Source: Chiloscyllium plagiosum (Eukaryota). Taken from it: DNA of 64,000 bases. Both the position numbers and the translations under genes were made by a program. The notes beneath the pieces were generated by a model that had not been told where the DNA came from, did not search any database, and worked only from the letters and a program-made list of their open reading frames with translations. The stretch spans positions 44,616,143-44,680,142 of the forward strand of contig NC_057718.1 in assembly GCF_004010195.1 (NCBI RefSeq), in the 5' to 3' direction. Below are positions 51,824 to 64,000 of this stretch, in pieces (position 1 is the stretch's first letter; each line of letters begins with the position of its first letter).

Positions 51824-52899
51824 CTGCAAAAGAGGGGAAATCATTTCTAAAACTTGCAATTATCTTCTACCTCCTGAGCTTTTATCTCAAAATGTTATAT
51901 CTCAGGTTTGTTGACCAACAAATTATTGCAAAATTGATCTGGTGTTCATGCTACTGAAGTACCAAGCCCAGACAGTTGTGCTACTAGGGTTTCAGATAAA
52001 AGGCCTTAGTCACCCAAGATTTTTGGGATCACATTTTTTTGCAATCAGTCAGAGACTTTGCCTGAACTGACTCGTGTTCAAGAAGGACATGGTAACTGAA
52101 CTATTAATGATACCTCCAGCATAGCATTATGAAACCTGTGAGCTCTTTCTCTCACCTGGTGTTCCATTTCCCATGTCCAGAATTGTGGAAGTGTAATTCA
52201 ATAGCAAATGTCTGAGAATCATCACAGCTCCCCTCTAAGATCAAGCAGGAGTTTTTCTGGAACATGTGCTAGTTTTGCTATGGCTAAGCAATAGTCATGA
52301 TTGTTCAGCTAACTATTCATGCAAATCATGCTGGCTGAATACTGAAATCACTTTAATGATATACTTTGGCAGAATGGCAAAGGGCACAGTGAGTTATGAA
52401 TACCCCCTGCTCTTAAACACACGGTAATCAATTTCCAGCCCCATAAATCCAGTAACTGTATTATCAATGCTACTTTATTAAATTACCAAGGAGAGCAAGA
52501 GAGAGAGAGGCAGAGGGAGATAGGAACTGTAATGAAAATTCCACCATGGTATTGACTAGACATTGAAAAATACAAGATGCACAGAGCAGTTCTAAGTTCA
52601 CAATGGCAAAGTTGGAAATCTTACTCATGCAATTTCACTATATAGCTCAGTTGAACTCTCCATTAGGATCTGATCATTGGCAAATTGTCTTGGTTTTGGG
52701 TCTAACATATTCTAAAACATAATCACCAACTTTCACAGATATCTTAATCATTTAAGGCATCAATGTGTGAAGTAATACAAAGGTTAAAAAACTCCCTCAA
52801 TATGTCACTGATGTGGCATTCGAGAATTTGAGCGATCACACAAGTGCAATCCTTCAACCTGGAGAACACAGAAAGAAAGGTGACCCAAACAATGTCTAT

Positions 52900-54480
52900 T
52901 TTACCAAGGAGAGATCAGCTGAATATAACACTAAATGGCATAAAAGTTAACAAAATAATATCACAAATAGCTGTAAATGTATATGTTATAATTGTGACTA
53001 TAGAGAAATGGTTGCAGAGTGATCAAGGCTAAGAAATGAATATCCAAGGTAAATCAATAATTAGGAAAGACAAGTCCAAAGGAAAAAGATGGGTGGCATT
53101 GCTAGTGAAGGATAAAATCAGTACAATACTAAGAGAGGATAGGGGTTTATAAGATTTTGATGTCGAATCAGTCTGGGTGGTGGGATCAACAAGGGATGCA
53201 TGTTGTCTATAGTCTGCCAAACAGTAGTAAGGGTGGGCAAGGCATTAAACAAGAAAAACGTGTGCTCCAATAATTGTGGCTAACTTTAATCTAACTTTAT
53301 AGCCTGGGGAAGTGACATTAGCAATGATACTGTGATGGATAAATTCCTGGAGTGTGTTCAAGATTTATTTCAGATCAGTATATTGAGGATCCAACTGGAG
53401 AACAGGTCAGAAACATAGAAAATATGCCCATTCCTGTCCCTCAAGTCTGCTCCACCATTCAATATGATCAGAGCTGATCATCTTACTCAGTACCCCGTTC
53501 CTGCTTTCTCCCCATATCCCTTCAGCCCTAATAATGATATCTAACTCCCTCTTAAGAACATCTAATGTTTTGTCCTCAACTGCTTTCAATGGCAGAGAAT
53601 TCCACAGGCTCACCGCCCTTTGGATGAAGAAATTTCTCCTCATCTCAGTCCAAAAAATGCATATTCTTTATCCATAGTCTGTAACCCCTGGTTACCAATT
53701 CCCCAGTCATCTGGAACATTGTCCCTGCATTTACTCTGTCTAGTCCTGTTAGAATTGTATAGGTTTCTTTGTGAATCCCCCCTCATTCTTCTGCATCCCA
53801 ATGAATACCATCCTAGCTACTTGAGTTTCTCTTCATATATTAGCTCTATCATCCCAGGAAACAGTCTGGTCAAACTTAGTTGCACTCTCTCCATTGCTAA
53901 AACAACCTTCCTCAAATACTTCAGGTATGGTCTCACCAAAGCCCTGTACAATTGTGGCAAGACATCCCTGCTCCTGTACTCAAATCCTCTCACTCTGGGT
54001 TATCCATGATCTGGCATTGTGCAATGAGAATATGTTAATTAATCATCTTGTTCGAGGTCCTTCATGGAAGATTGACCATAACATGATAGAATTCTTCTTT
54101 GTGATGGAAAGTGAAGTAGCCCAACCCAAAACCAGGATTTAGTAAAGTCATATTTAAAGAGGTTCATATGGAACATTGTAACACATGGTATTGGGGGTAA
54201 TACACTGGCATGAATTGAGAATTGATTAGCAGACGACAAAAAGAATGGAAATAAATGGGTCTTTTTTATAATAGAATGTAGTGACAAATGACAGAGATTG
54301 GTGGTTGTATTCTAGCTATTCACAACGTACGTCACCAATCTGCATGAAAGAATCACAGTAGTATTTACAAGTTTGCTGACAACACAAAATTAGGTAGAAT
54401 TGTGATTGATGTTAAGAATATAAAGTGACTTCAAGGTGATTTAAACAAGCCTAGTGGGCAAATACAAGGTACAGTATAAT
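52900..54480 (+). mobile_element. Old CR1 fragment with an opposite-strand CR1 3' fragment nested at ~53408-53995
   Basis: Endonuclease remnants split at gaacagg|...|gatctggcattgtgcaatgag; aagtttgctgacaacacaaaa (KFADNTK). Confidence 0.75.
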
Positions 54481-57400
54481 GTAAATAAATTATTTGCAAT
54501 TTAGTTGCTGGTGTAATTGAAAGTATTTGTGAAGTATCGTATACTTAGTTAAAGTTTCAGTACTCTCTGGAGTGGGGAGGCGGGGGGCGGGGAGGTGGTG
54601 TGGGGACATGGTTTGGAGGTCTGGCTGAATCTACAGAACTTATTGTGCAATTTAATGCAGTGTACTAACATAACCTACTTCTGGTAGAGTTTCCTGTGGG
54701 AATTAAATACGGCTGGGAGAATGACCAGAGGCAACGTGGGGTGGGAAAAGCTGCAGGAAGAGGAAGACTAGGAGAGTGGGATGACCACTCAGCAACAGAT
54801 TGTAATGACAGAAGGTCTTCAGAGAACAAGTCTCTCAGTACAAGTTCAGCAATAATCAATGCAAGTTGCCCTCAGTTTACAAAATAATGTCATGGTTGAA
54901 GTTTATTAACTGCTGCAGCCACATCAACAACATCAAAGCAGGATAAGAACCACATCATCTGTGTTTGCTCTTTGACAGTCTTTTTGTGACTTTGTCTCTT
55001 TTCAGGCTGCCCCAGAAACAAGCAGCTTCTTGCAGTTTGAAGTGCATTGCTGTATAAAGCAGACCACTGAGGCCTTCTTTACAAAGAGAAACACTCTCAC
55101 CTCATTCCCTCTTGCCAGCTGAGTCAAATAGATGCAGCAACTTCAGGATTTTGCGTGGAGTATACACTTTGTCATGGTACAGGGACCCATGGGCTGCCTA
55201 TATATGTCCATTATCTGATCTCCTTGAACACAAAGGGGTTCCACTCCCTCAATGTATAGTAAACATGTGGCCACTGTCAGTGCATCAATATAGAAGAAAT
55301 TGTTCTTCCTGTGTACCACACCTATTGATATTTTTGGAGATATTTCAGGACAAAATAGTATGGTTGTTTCAGTGGTGTTTATTCCTGTCCAGGAGCAGTG
55401 GGAGATGGAGCGGTGGTGGCATTGGAGACCAGGAGGTTGCCAGGAAGGTAATGACTTAGTATAAATACTTACCTTTGAAGCCCGAGGCCTTTTTCCTGTC
55501 TGGGGAGTCAGAGCGGAGGTGATGTAGGAGACCAGGGGCTGCCAGGAAGGTAAGACCATAAGACCATAAGACCTAGAAGTGGAAGTAAGGCCATTCGGTC
55601 CCTCGAGTCCACTCCACCATTTAATCATGGCTGATGGGCATTTCAATGCCACTTACCCGCATTCTCCCCATATCCCTCAATTCCTTGCAAGATTAAGAAT
55701 TTACCAATCACTGCCTTGAAGACATTTAACGTTCCGGCCTCCACTGCGTTCCATGGCAATGAATTCCACAGACTCACCACTCTGGGCTGAAGATAAGTCT
55801 CCTCATTTCCATTCTAAATTGACCCCCTCTAATTCTAAGGCTGTGCCCACGAGGTCCTAATATCCCCCTCCTGATGGAAACAACTTCCCAGCATCTGCCC
55901 TTTCTAAACCATGCATTATCTTGTAAGTTTCTATTAGAAACTTAATCTTCTAAACTCTAATGAATATCATTCCAGGGTGCTCAGCCATTCATTGTATGTT
56001 AGGCCTATCATTCCAGGATTATCTGTGTGAATCTCCACTGGACACACTCCAGTGCCAATATGTCCTTCCTGAGGTGTGGGGCCCAAAACTGGACACAATA
56101 TTCTAAATGGGGCCTAACCAGAGCTTTATAAAGTCTCAGTAGCACATCGCTGCTTTTATATTCCAACCCTCTTGAGATAACTGACAATGTTGCATTTGCT
56201 TTCTTAACCACGGGCTCAACGTGCAAATTCACCTTTAAAGAATCCCGGACTAGCATTCTCAGATCCCTTTGTACTTTGGCTTTATGAATTTTCTCACCAT
56301 TTAGAAAATAGTCCATGCCTGTGTTCTTTTTTCCAAAATGAAAGACCTCTCATTTGCTCACTTTGAATTTCATCAGCCATTTCTTGGACCACTCTCCTAA
56401 ATTGTCTAAATCTTTCTGCAGCCTCCCCAGCTCCTCAGAGTCTGTCCGCCTAACTTCGTATCAACGGCAAACTTCACCAGAATGCCCTCAGTCCCTTCAT
56501 CCAGATCATTAATATGTAAAGTGAACAGCTGCGGTCCCAACACTAAACCCTGTGGGACACCACTTGTCATCTGCTGCAATCCCGAAAAAGAACCTTTTAT
56601 CCCAACTCTCTGCCTTCTGTCAGACAGCCAATCCTCAATCCATACCTGTAGCTCACCTCGAACACCATGGGCCCTCACCTTACTCAGCAGCCTCCCATGA
56701 GGCACCTTATCAAAGGCCTTTTGGAAGTCTAGATAGATAACACCCACTGGGTTTCTCTGGTCTAACCTACTTGTTACACGTCAAAGAATTCTAACAGGGT
56801 TGTCAGGCACGACTTCCCCTTACTAAATCCATTCTGATTTGTTCGAACCCTGCACTTCCAAGAATTTAGAAATCTCATCCTTAATGATGGATTCTAGAAT
56901 TTTACCTACAGCCGAGGTTAGGCTAATCAGCCTATAATTTTCCATCTTTTGTCTTGACCCTTTCTTGAACAAAGGGGTTACAACAGTGATTTTCTAATCA
57001 TCTGGGACTTTCCCTGACTCCAGTGACATTTGAAAGATCAAAGCCAAAGCCTCCACCATTTCTTCAGCCACCTCCCTCAGAACTCTAGGATGTAGCGCAT
57101 CGGGGCCAGGCGATTTATCACTTTTTTAGACCTTTTTGCTTTTCTAGCACTTTCTCTTTTATAATGGCTACCATACTGACCTATGCCCCTTGACTCTCCT
57201 TAATTGTTGGGGTATTTCTCATGTCTTCCACTGTGAAGACTGATACAAAGTCTTTATTAAGTTCCCCAGCTATTTCCTTATCTCCCATCACGAGCCTTCC
57301 TGCATCAATTTGGAGCAGCCCAATTTCTACTTTTGCCTCTCGGTTGTTTTTTAACTATTGAAAGAAACATTTACTATAATTTCTAATATTACTGGCTAGC

Positions 57401-59514
57401 TTACCTTCATATTTGATCCACTCCTTCCTTATTTCTCTCTTTATTATCATCTGTTTGTTTTTGTAGTCTTCCCAATCTTATAATTTCCCAGTGCTCTTGG
57501 CCACTTTATAGGCTCTCTCTTTTTCTTTGATACATTTCCTGAGTTCCTTTGTCAGCCATGGCTGTCCAATCCTCCCCAGATAATCTATTTTTTTCTTTGG
57601 GATGAACCTCTGTACTATGTCATCAATTATACCTAGAAACTCCTGCCATTGTTGCTCTACTGTCTTCCCCACGAGGGTCTGCTTCCAGTCGATTTTTGTC
57701 AGTTCCTTCTCATGCCTGTAAATACCTTTATTTAATTGTAACACCATTACATCTGATTTTGCCTTCTCTCTTTCAAACTGCAGACTGAACTCTACCATAA
57801 TATGATCGCTGCCTCCTAAGTGTTCCCTTACTTTAAAATCTTTTATAAAGTCTAGCTCATTACATAGCACTAGGTCCAGAATAGCCTGCTCTCTTGTGGG
57901 ATCCATCACAAGCTGTTCCAAAAAGCCATCCTGTAAATATTCCATGATTTCCCTTTCTTTGAATCCATCGGCAACATTATTCACCCAGACTATCTGCAAA
58001 TTGCAGTCCCCCATGATTACCGTGGCCTTGCCTTTCTGACATGCCCTATCTATTTCCTAGTACATCTTGTGCCCCTGGTCCTGACCACTGCTGGAAGTGG
58101 TCCCAGCATTTTTTTTTGCCTTTGTGGTTCCTCAACTCCATCCACACAGACTCCACATCATCTGACCCTATTCGTTCAGTGCCATAGATTTAATTTCATT
58201 CTTAACTAACAAGGCAACCCCGCCCCCTCTGCCCACCTCCCTGTCTTTTCAATAAGTTGCAAATCCTTGGACGTTTAATTGCCAGTCATGAATCCCTGCA
58301 ACCACGTCTCTGTGATGCCTACCACATCATAATCATTCACGATGATTTGTGCTGTTAACTCATCTACTTTGTTGTGAAAACTAGAGCATTCAGGTAAAGC
58401 ACCTTAATGTTAATTTTCTTATCCTCATGATTTCCATCATCTCTAAGTTATCCTTTCCTTTTGCTTCATTCCTAGTCTGCCTCGAACTTAAACCCTGCAC
58501 ACATGCTAACCTGCTGCTTATCTTTCTACTTGACTCCATACTCCCTTTCCCTTCCCCCCGACTCACAAGTTTAAAGTCCTAGTCACCAGCCTGGTTCCAG
58601 ATTGGTTCAGGTGGAGACCATCCTATCGGTATAGATCTCTCCGGTTCCAAATCTGTTGCCAATGTCCCATGAAATGGAATCCCTCTTTCCCACACCAATC
58701 TCTTATCCACATGTTTTCTTTGCTATTTTTCTTATCGCTATGCCAATTAGCATGTGGCTCAGGCAGTAATCCAGAGATTATGACCCTTGAGGACCTGTTC
58801 TTCAATTTCCTTCCTAGTCCTTGATACTCCCCAAACAGGTCCTCCTTCCTAGCTTTGCCTACACTGTTAGTGCCAACATGGAGCACAACAAGTGGATCTT
58901 CCCCCTCCTGCTCCAATATCCTTTCAAGTCGGTCAGAGATGTCATGGACCCTGGTACCGCGCAGGCAATACATCATGCGGGACCCCCAATCCAGCTCACA
59001 AAGGATACTATCTGTCCCCCGAATTATAGAATCCCCTATAACAACTACTTGTCTTTTTGCTCCCCCCTCTTGAATGGCCTTCTGCACCATGGTACCGTGG
59101 TCAGCTGGCTCATCCTGTCCACAGCCCTTTTCCTCATCCACACTGGGAAAAATAATCTCATACCTGTTGGACAAGGTCGAGGGGTGAGGCTCCTCCACTG
59201 CTGAACTCAGAATCCCCAGTCACCCCTGTTGTCCCTGATCACTAACTGAATTTGAATTATTTAATCTACTGGGTGTGACTGCCTCCTGAAACAAAGCATC
59301 CAGGTAACTCTCCCCCTTCCGGATGTGCCGCAGTGTTTGAAGCTCAGATTCCAGATCATCAATTCTGATCCAGAGTTCTTCCAGCAACCAACTCTTGTTG
59401 CAGATGTGCACACTGATGTACTCAATGGGATCAGCCAGTTCCCACATCATACAGCTTTAGCACATCTCCGACCAGCCATCTCTACTTATTTAGTTCATTT
59501 ATACAAATTTATGA

Positions 59515-59843
59515 TTAAAGTTTGTGAGAAGATTTGTAGTTCGGGTGCTCGTTGTTGTGGTTCTGTTCGCCGACCTGGGAATTTGTGTTGCAGACGTTTC
59601 GTCCCCTAGAGGCATGGCACTCATCCACAGATTCAATCAATAAGCACATCGACCTGAACCCAATATACCGACCACTGCAACGGACAGCTGGAACTGACAG
59701 CCAGAGCGGCAGATTCAAACCACTACAAATGCCGGAGGAAAGATCACAGAAGTGCTTCACAGGAGGCTCCCAAGCACTGAGGATGTCACCTAGACAGGGG
59801 ACGAAACGTCTGCAACACAAATTCCCAGCTCGGCGAACAGAAC
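59515..59843 (+). mobile_element. Young truncated Penelope-like insertion with inverted end copy and 13-bp TSD
   Basis: TSD tacaaatttatga at 59502-59514 and 59844-59856. LEAWHSSTDSINKHIDLNPIYRPL resembles the PLE ORF C-terminus. 48-bp inverted arms. Confidence 0.88.
59774..59813 (+). ncRNA. Minimal type I hammerhead ribozyme motif (PLE type)
   Basis: GCA-CUGAGGA-U-GUCACCU agac AGGGGAC-GAAAC-GUC-UGC: intact catalytic core, stem I GCA/UGC, stem II with one mismatch, palindromic ACGU stem III. Confidence 0.8.
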
Positions 59844-60134
59844 TACAAATTTATGAGTTAAATAATTTCTAGTATTTCTCTGTCGTCTTATTCAATTAAC
59901 CAACTAATAGTAAACTTTTAATCAATCACACGATACACAAGATATATCAATTGAAACGCCTTACCTTAGCAACACATGAGAGTCCTTTTTTTGGGTTGGA
60001 GGAGGACGGCTGGGAGACACTATATGTGTAGTCCCTAGATTCAGCCGCTGCCAAAATATATACCGGAAACTCCCGAGGTAAGTTTTTATATTTAAAAATT
60101 ACATCCCATCAGGCCACTGTGGCGGATATGGAAG

Positions 60135-60620
60135 GCCCCAAGGGATACTTCCATATCCGCCACAAATTCACCTGCACCTCCACACACATCATTTATTGCA
60201 TCCGCAGCACCCAATGTGGCCTCCTCTATATTGGGGAGATAGGCCGCCTACTTGCGGAACGTTTCAGAGAACACCTCTGGGACACCCGGACCAACCAACC
60301 CAACCACCCCGTGGCTCAACACTTTAACTCCCCCTCCCACTCCACCAAGGACATGTAGGTCCTTGGACTCCTCCATCGCCAGACCATAGCAACACGACGG
60401 TTGGAGGAAGAGCGCCTCATCTTCCGCCTAGGAACCCTCCAACCACAAGGGACCTCCTTCCACCTATCGCATTTCCAACGCCCCTCCCCCAAGTCACTCC
60501 TCCCTACCTTTTATCCTAACCTGCTGGACACACATTCCTCATTCCTAAAGAAGGGCTTATTCTTCTGTTCCTTGGATGCTGCCTGACCTGCTGTGCTTTT
60601 CCAGCAACACATTTTCAGAT
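60135..60620 (+). mobile_element. Penelope-like element fragment: GIY-YIG endonuclease and 3' end
   Basis: FTCTSTHIIYCIRSTQCGLLYIGEIGRLLAERFREH...PVAQHFN...EEERLIFRLGTLQPQG with one internal stop. The hammerhead region at ~60545 is deleted. Confidence 0.9.
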
Positions 60621-61245
60621 TTGATACGCTTGCCCTCATTGGATGGGGTACTAAGTATGAGCTGGCAGGTCATGTTAAAATTGTACAAGACTTTGGTTTG
60701 GCCGCATTTAGAATACTGTGTCCGGTTCTGGTCGCCAAGTTACCAAAAGGATGTGGACGCATTGGAGAGGGTGCAGAGAAGGTTTACGAGGATGTTGCTT
60801 GGGATGGAAGGTTCTAGCTATGAAGAGAGGTTGAGTAGGTTCGGATTGTTTTCATTAGAAAAAAGGAGATTGAGGGGGGGACCTGATTGAGGTCTACAAA
60901 ATTATGAAGGGTATAGACAGGGTGGATAGAGATAAGCTTTTTCCCAGGGTGAGGGATTCAATAATGAGAGGTCACACTTTCAAGGTGAGAGGTGAAACAT
61001 TTAAGGGGGATACACGTGGCAAGTACTTCACACAGAGGGTGGTAGGTACCTGGAAGGCATTGCCAGCAGAGGTAGGCACATGAGATTCATTTAAGGTGCA
61101 TCTGGACAGATACATGTGTAGGTGAGGAGCAGAGGGATTCAGATCCTTAGGAATTGGGCGATAGGTTGACAGTGGATTTGGATTGGCACAGGCTTGAAGG
61201 GCCGAAAGGCCTGTTCCTGGCTTGTACATTTTCTTTGTTCTTTGT
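60621..61245 (+). mobile_element. CR1 3' fragment
   Basis: LYKTLVWPHLEYCVRFWSP...LERVQRRFTRM; ctttgttctttgt tail. Confidence 0.9.
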
Positions 61246-61489
61246 TTAATTATTCAGACATACAATTTCAAAATCATTAATGTGTCAGAAAAGACAATGT
61301 TACATCAGATGTTTTATCAAGAGCATGTGTGAAGAAAATTTCTGTTTTATTGTTAAAGAAAATCTGCAGCCTATATTTCAATGAGTGACCACCACAGTCA
61401 ACAAGAAAAATATGTTCTCCCAAGCCAGGGTTTCATTCTGAGATTTGACTTGCCCAATGATACCATCAGCTGGGTCTTTCATAACAGCA

Positions 61490-61800
61490 TTTGTGAAATT
61501 CATTTGTTTAACAAAAAATTGTCTATCTCAGATTTAAAATTAACAACTGATCCAGCATCCACTGCTGTTTATAGAAGAGAGTTCCAAACAGTTACCACTC
61601 TTTCTACATTGAAGTGTTTCCTAATATCTCTCCTGAACCTTCTGGCCCCAATTCTCAGGCTATATCCACTAGTTCTAAAATCCCTAACCAGTGGAAACAG
61701 TTTCTCTTCATGTACTCTGTCTTTTCCTGATAATATCTTGAAGACTTCAATCAGATTATTCTTTAACCTTCTAACCATTTCCAATAAATGACCATTCAAC
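61490..61800 (-). mobile_element. CR1 3' fragment
   Basis: RRLKNNLIEVFKILSGKDRV...VWNSL. Confidence 0.8.
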
Positions 61801-61809
61801 CTTTGGTCC

Positions 61810-62430
61810 TTGACATGCAATAGCCTAGCGGGTTTCAATGATGAGTTACTGAACTGGACCAGCTATACAGTTATTGATCAGCTATATAGATATTATGACC
61901 TCACAGGCTGGAAATTCTACAGCAAGTAATTCACCTTCTGACTCCCCAAACCCTACCACCATCTACAAAGCACAAGTTGGGTTTGGGATGGAGTACTCAC
62001 CATTTGCCTGGATAAGTACAGCACCAATAACATTCAAAAAGCTCAACACTGTCTCAGATAAACCAATCCATTTGATTGTCCCTCCATTTAACACCTTCAA
62101 TAGTCATTCCCTCCATCACTGAGACAAAATGGTGGGCATATGTTTCAGCTAAAGACCACTTTACTCACGCACAATCTCTAGGAATACAAAAGTAGCAGAT
62201 ACATGAGAACACCACCACCTGCAAGTTCCCCTCCAAGCCATACTATTCTGCCCTTCTTTCACGATTGCTGGGTCAAAATCCTGAACACTCAGTCCTTCAC
62301 AATAGTGTGCCTGTACCAATACCACATGGACTGTAGCAGTTTCAGAAAGCAGCATACTATCGCCTTCACAAGTGCAATTACAGATGGGTATAGGCAACCA
62401 ATGATGCCCACATCGCATGAATGAATAAAA
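61810..62430 (+). mobile_element. Old CR1-clade 3' fragment
   Basis: TIYKAQVGFGMEYSPFAW; cccacatcgcatgaatgaataaaa tail. Confidence 0.7.
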
Positions 62431-63958
62431 GAAAACACTGACATTTTTAACAACAGGAAGTTTTTCTTCTAAAATCCATAAAGTTCAATTTTAAATTCCT
62501 TGTCATTTGAAAGCCCTCTTTGACAGTTACTGAGAATTCCAATAACATTTCAAAGTTCTATGCACAAACGAGTCTACTTTAAATAACTCCTAAGGTCACT
62601 TGGCCTCTCCAAAGCATTTATTACCTCTTCCAACTGCATCGGACATCTCCTAAACGTGTCCCAATATTACATCCAAAAGAGTACCCAAATTCTCCAATGA
62701 AATCTGCTAAATTCAGACTATATTCTGCAAAATCGAATGTACGCAGCTTATCTTTTGGACATCCCAATAGCAAACATCAGACCGAACAAGGGTGCTGCAG
62801 TTTAATACTGCAATACATTTGTGGGTCATGGACATCCAAAGAGAGATTCAGCTCAGTACCCTGTTGTAAAAATGGTAGATGCCAGGCTCAAGGATGGGAT
62901 CACCAGCTTTGAGCCTCTAGCATAGTTTTTGTTGCAAAACAAAATCAGGCCTGAGGTGCTGTTGTAGCAGCCTGAGCTCTGCTGGAAGCTGTTTGTGCTG
63001 CAAGGATAGTTTTCCATAAGTGTGTTCATACAGGTTCCACATTGGAGAGGATGCGCTCAATGGTGTCTGGAAAATTTTCTGTCAAGTTTGAAGTGAACTC
63101 CTTCATCGTCCTTTGTATTGTGCAAAAGCTTTTTGGCTGACATTCCAATGCATTAAGCATCTTGTTATGTGTGCTCATCAGCCTTCTTCTGAAACTTGAT
63201 GAATCAAAATCTTCACCTTGCTCCTTTCCAGCAAAATTAATGTGCGATTTCACCTGCTGGCAAGCTGGCACCTCTGATAGCTTTTCCCATACCCCAGCAT
63301 CTGCACACTTGTGCCCAGTGTCTCACCATGTGCAGGTCCCTCCTCTATCCTATATAACACATAGAGTGTGAATCTCTGAACTGGTAATGTGGAGTATTAG
63401 ATCTTGTGATAATGCCATTTCGTGGTGACTGTCTTCTTCCTCCTCCTCCTTTGATTAAGCAAGTGCCAGTTCTCAAGTATCTGAAATGCAAAAAGACAAG
63501 GATTGGGTAACAATGGGAGGACGATGAAGACCACACTACCAGCAGTATGGGACTCAAAAGGGAGATTATGGGAAAAGAGAGAAATGGGAAGAAATTAGGA
63601 GATGATGTAGGCAAATTTCCTCATCTTCAACCCCTCCAGTGCCACCTGCGACCATGTCCTCAGCAATGCCCCACTCTGAGCTTAAAAGAGGCTTAAAAGA
63701 TGCAGGTGTGTTTGTCCACCTCCAAGTTTCTGTTGCTATAACCTGTCATACACTAGTTTCTCTTACATTTTTCAGTGTCAGTAAGTGACTTGTAAACTTT
63801 AGTTTGAGTGATATAGTTATTGAAAAGTAGCTGACAGTATGTTTGAGCTCTACGTTGTAGGTGTAAGGCTTGCAACTATGAGAGAGTGAGGTCAACATGT
63901 GTTGACTGTTGATAAATAAGTGACAAAGTTGTGGTGAATTGAGCAATGGATGCGTTTA

Positions 63959-64000
63959 ATAGAATCCCTAAAGTGTGGAAACAGGCCATTCAGTCCATCG
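63959..64000 (-). mobile_element. 3' tail of an HE1-type SINE or partner LINE, cut by the window edge
   Basis: agaatccctaaagtgtggaaacaggccatt matches the tails at 27065 and 10470. Confidence 0.7.

Larger units (their letters stand above)
55551..60070 (-). mobile_element. Near full-length degenerate CR1 LINE (5' UTR, ORF1 zinc-finger/esterase, ORF2 APE and RT, (GGTCTTAT)n tail)
   Basis: ORFs 59220-59450 and 58623-59198 (IGDSIIR, HVGTNS), 57478-58014 (GSDH), 56406-56747 (DFQKAFDKVPH, SGVPQG), 56008-56316. Confidence 0.95.

Noticed and set aside
51824..51859. N-terminal part ([12 protein letters not shown]) and tail ([11 protein letters not shown]) of ORF 51599-51859
   Set aside because: Intronic read-through beyond the splice sites; only 51637-51823 matches the channel.
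55423..55556. Two ~27-bp direct repeats (ggagaccagg...gccaggaaggtaa) as an array or TSD
   Set aside because: Only two imperfect copies on one side of the CR1; no array structure, and a CRISPR interpretation is meaningless in this eukaryotic context.
55551..60070. Active autonomous CR1
   Set aside because: ORF1 and ORF2 are broken by multiple stops, frameshifts and deletions; the same applies to 26350-29700 and 48200-51365.
60541..60580. Hammerhead behind the GIY-YIG fragment
   Set aside because: The core reads CTAAAGA and the GAAA/cleavage-site half is missing, so it cannot be functional.
51900..64000. Search for the upstream KCNK2 exon (GNISP...GIPLFGFLLAGVGDQLG)
   Set aside because: Not found by eye or in the ORF track; presumably beyond the window.

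Overview
Eukaryotic, repeat-rich genomic DNA, most likely from a shark: HE1-type V-SINEs and shark-type CR1 LINEs dominate. The only host gene I can support is the 3' part of KCNK2 (TREK-1 two-pore K+ channel) on the minus strand. Three coding exons (51637-51823, 42664-42806, 30747-31061) splice in frame with GT-AG junctions, and the upstream exons appear to lie beyond the right edge. The rest is mostly decayed mobile DNA: many CR1 LINEs (three near full length), RTE and L2 relics, HE1 and Deu-type SINEs, solo-LTR-like elements and Penelope-like element (PLE) fragments. The most notable unannotated signal is a set of about eight minimal hammerhead-ribozyme motifs carried by PLE ends. One has an intact core (59774-59813) inside a young insertion with a 13-bp TSD. 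Two face outward from a ~190-bp palindrome (2584-2774). One inactivated copy lies in sense orientation in the presumed KCNK2 3' UTR. There are also several local tandem duplications and templated rearrangements. Repeat boundaries were estimated by eye and are approximate; family names come from recalled motifs, not a database search.
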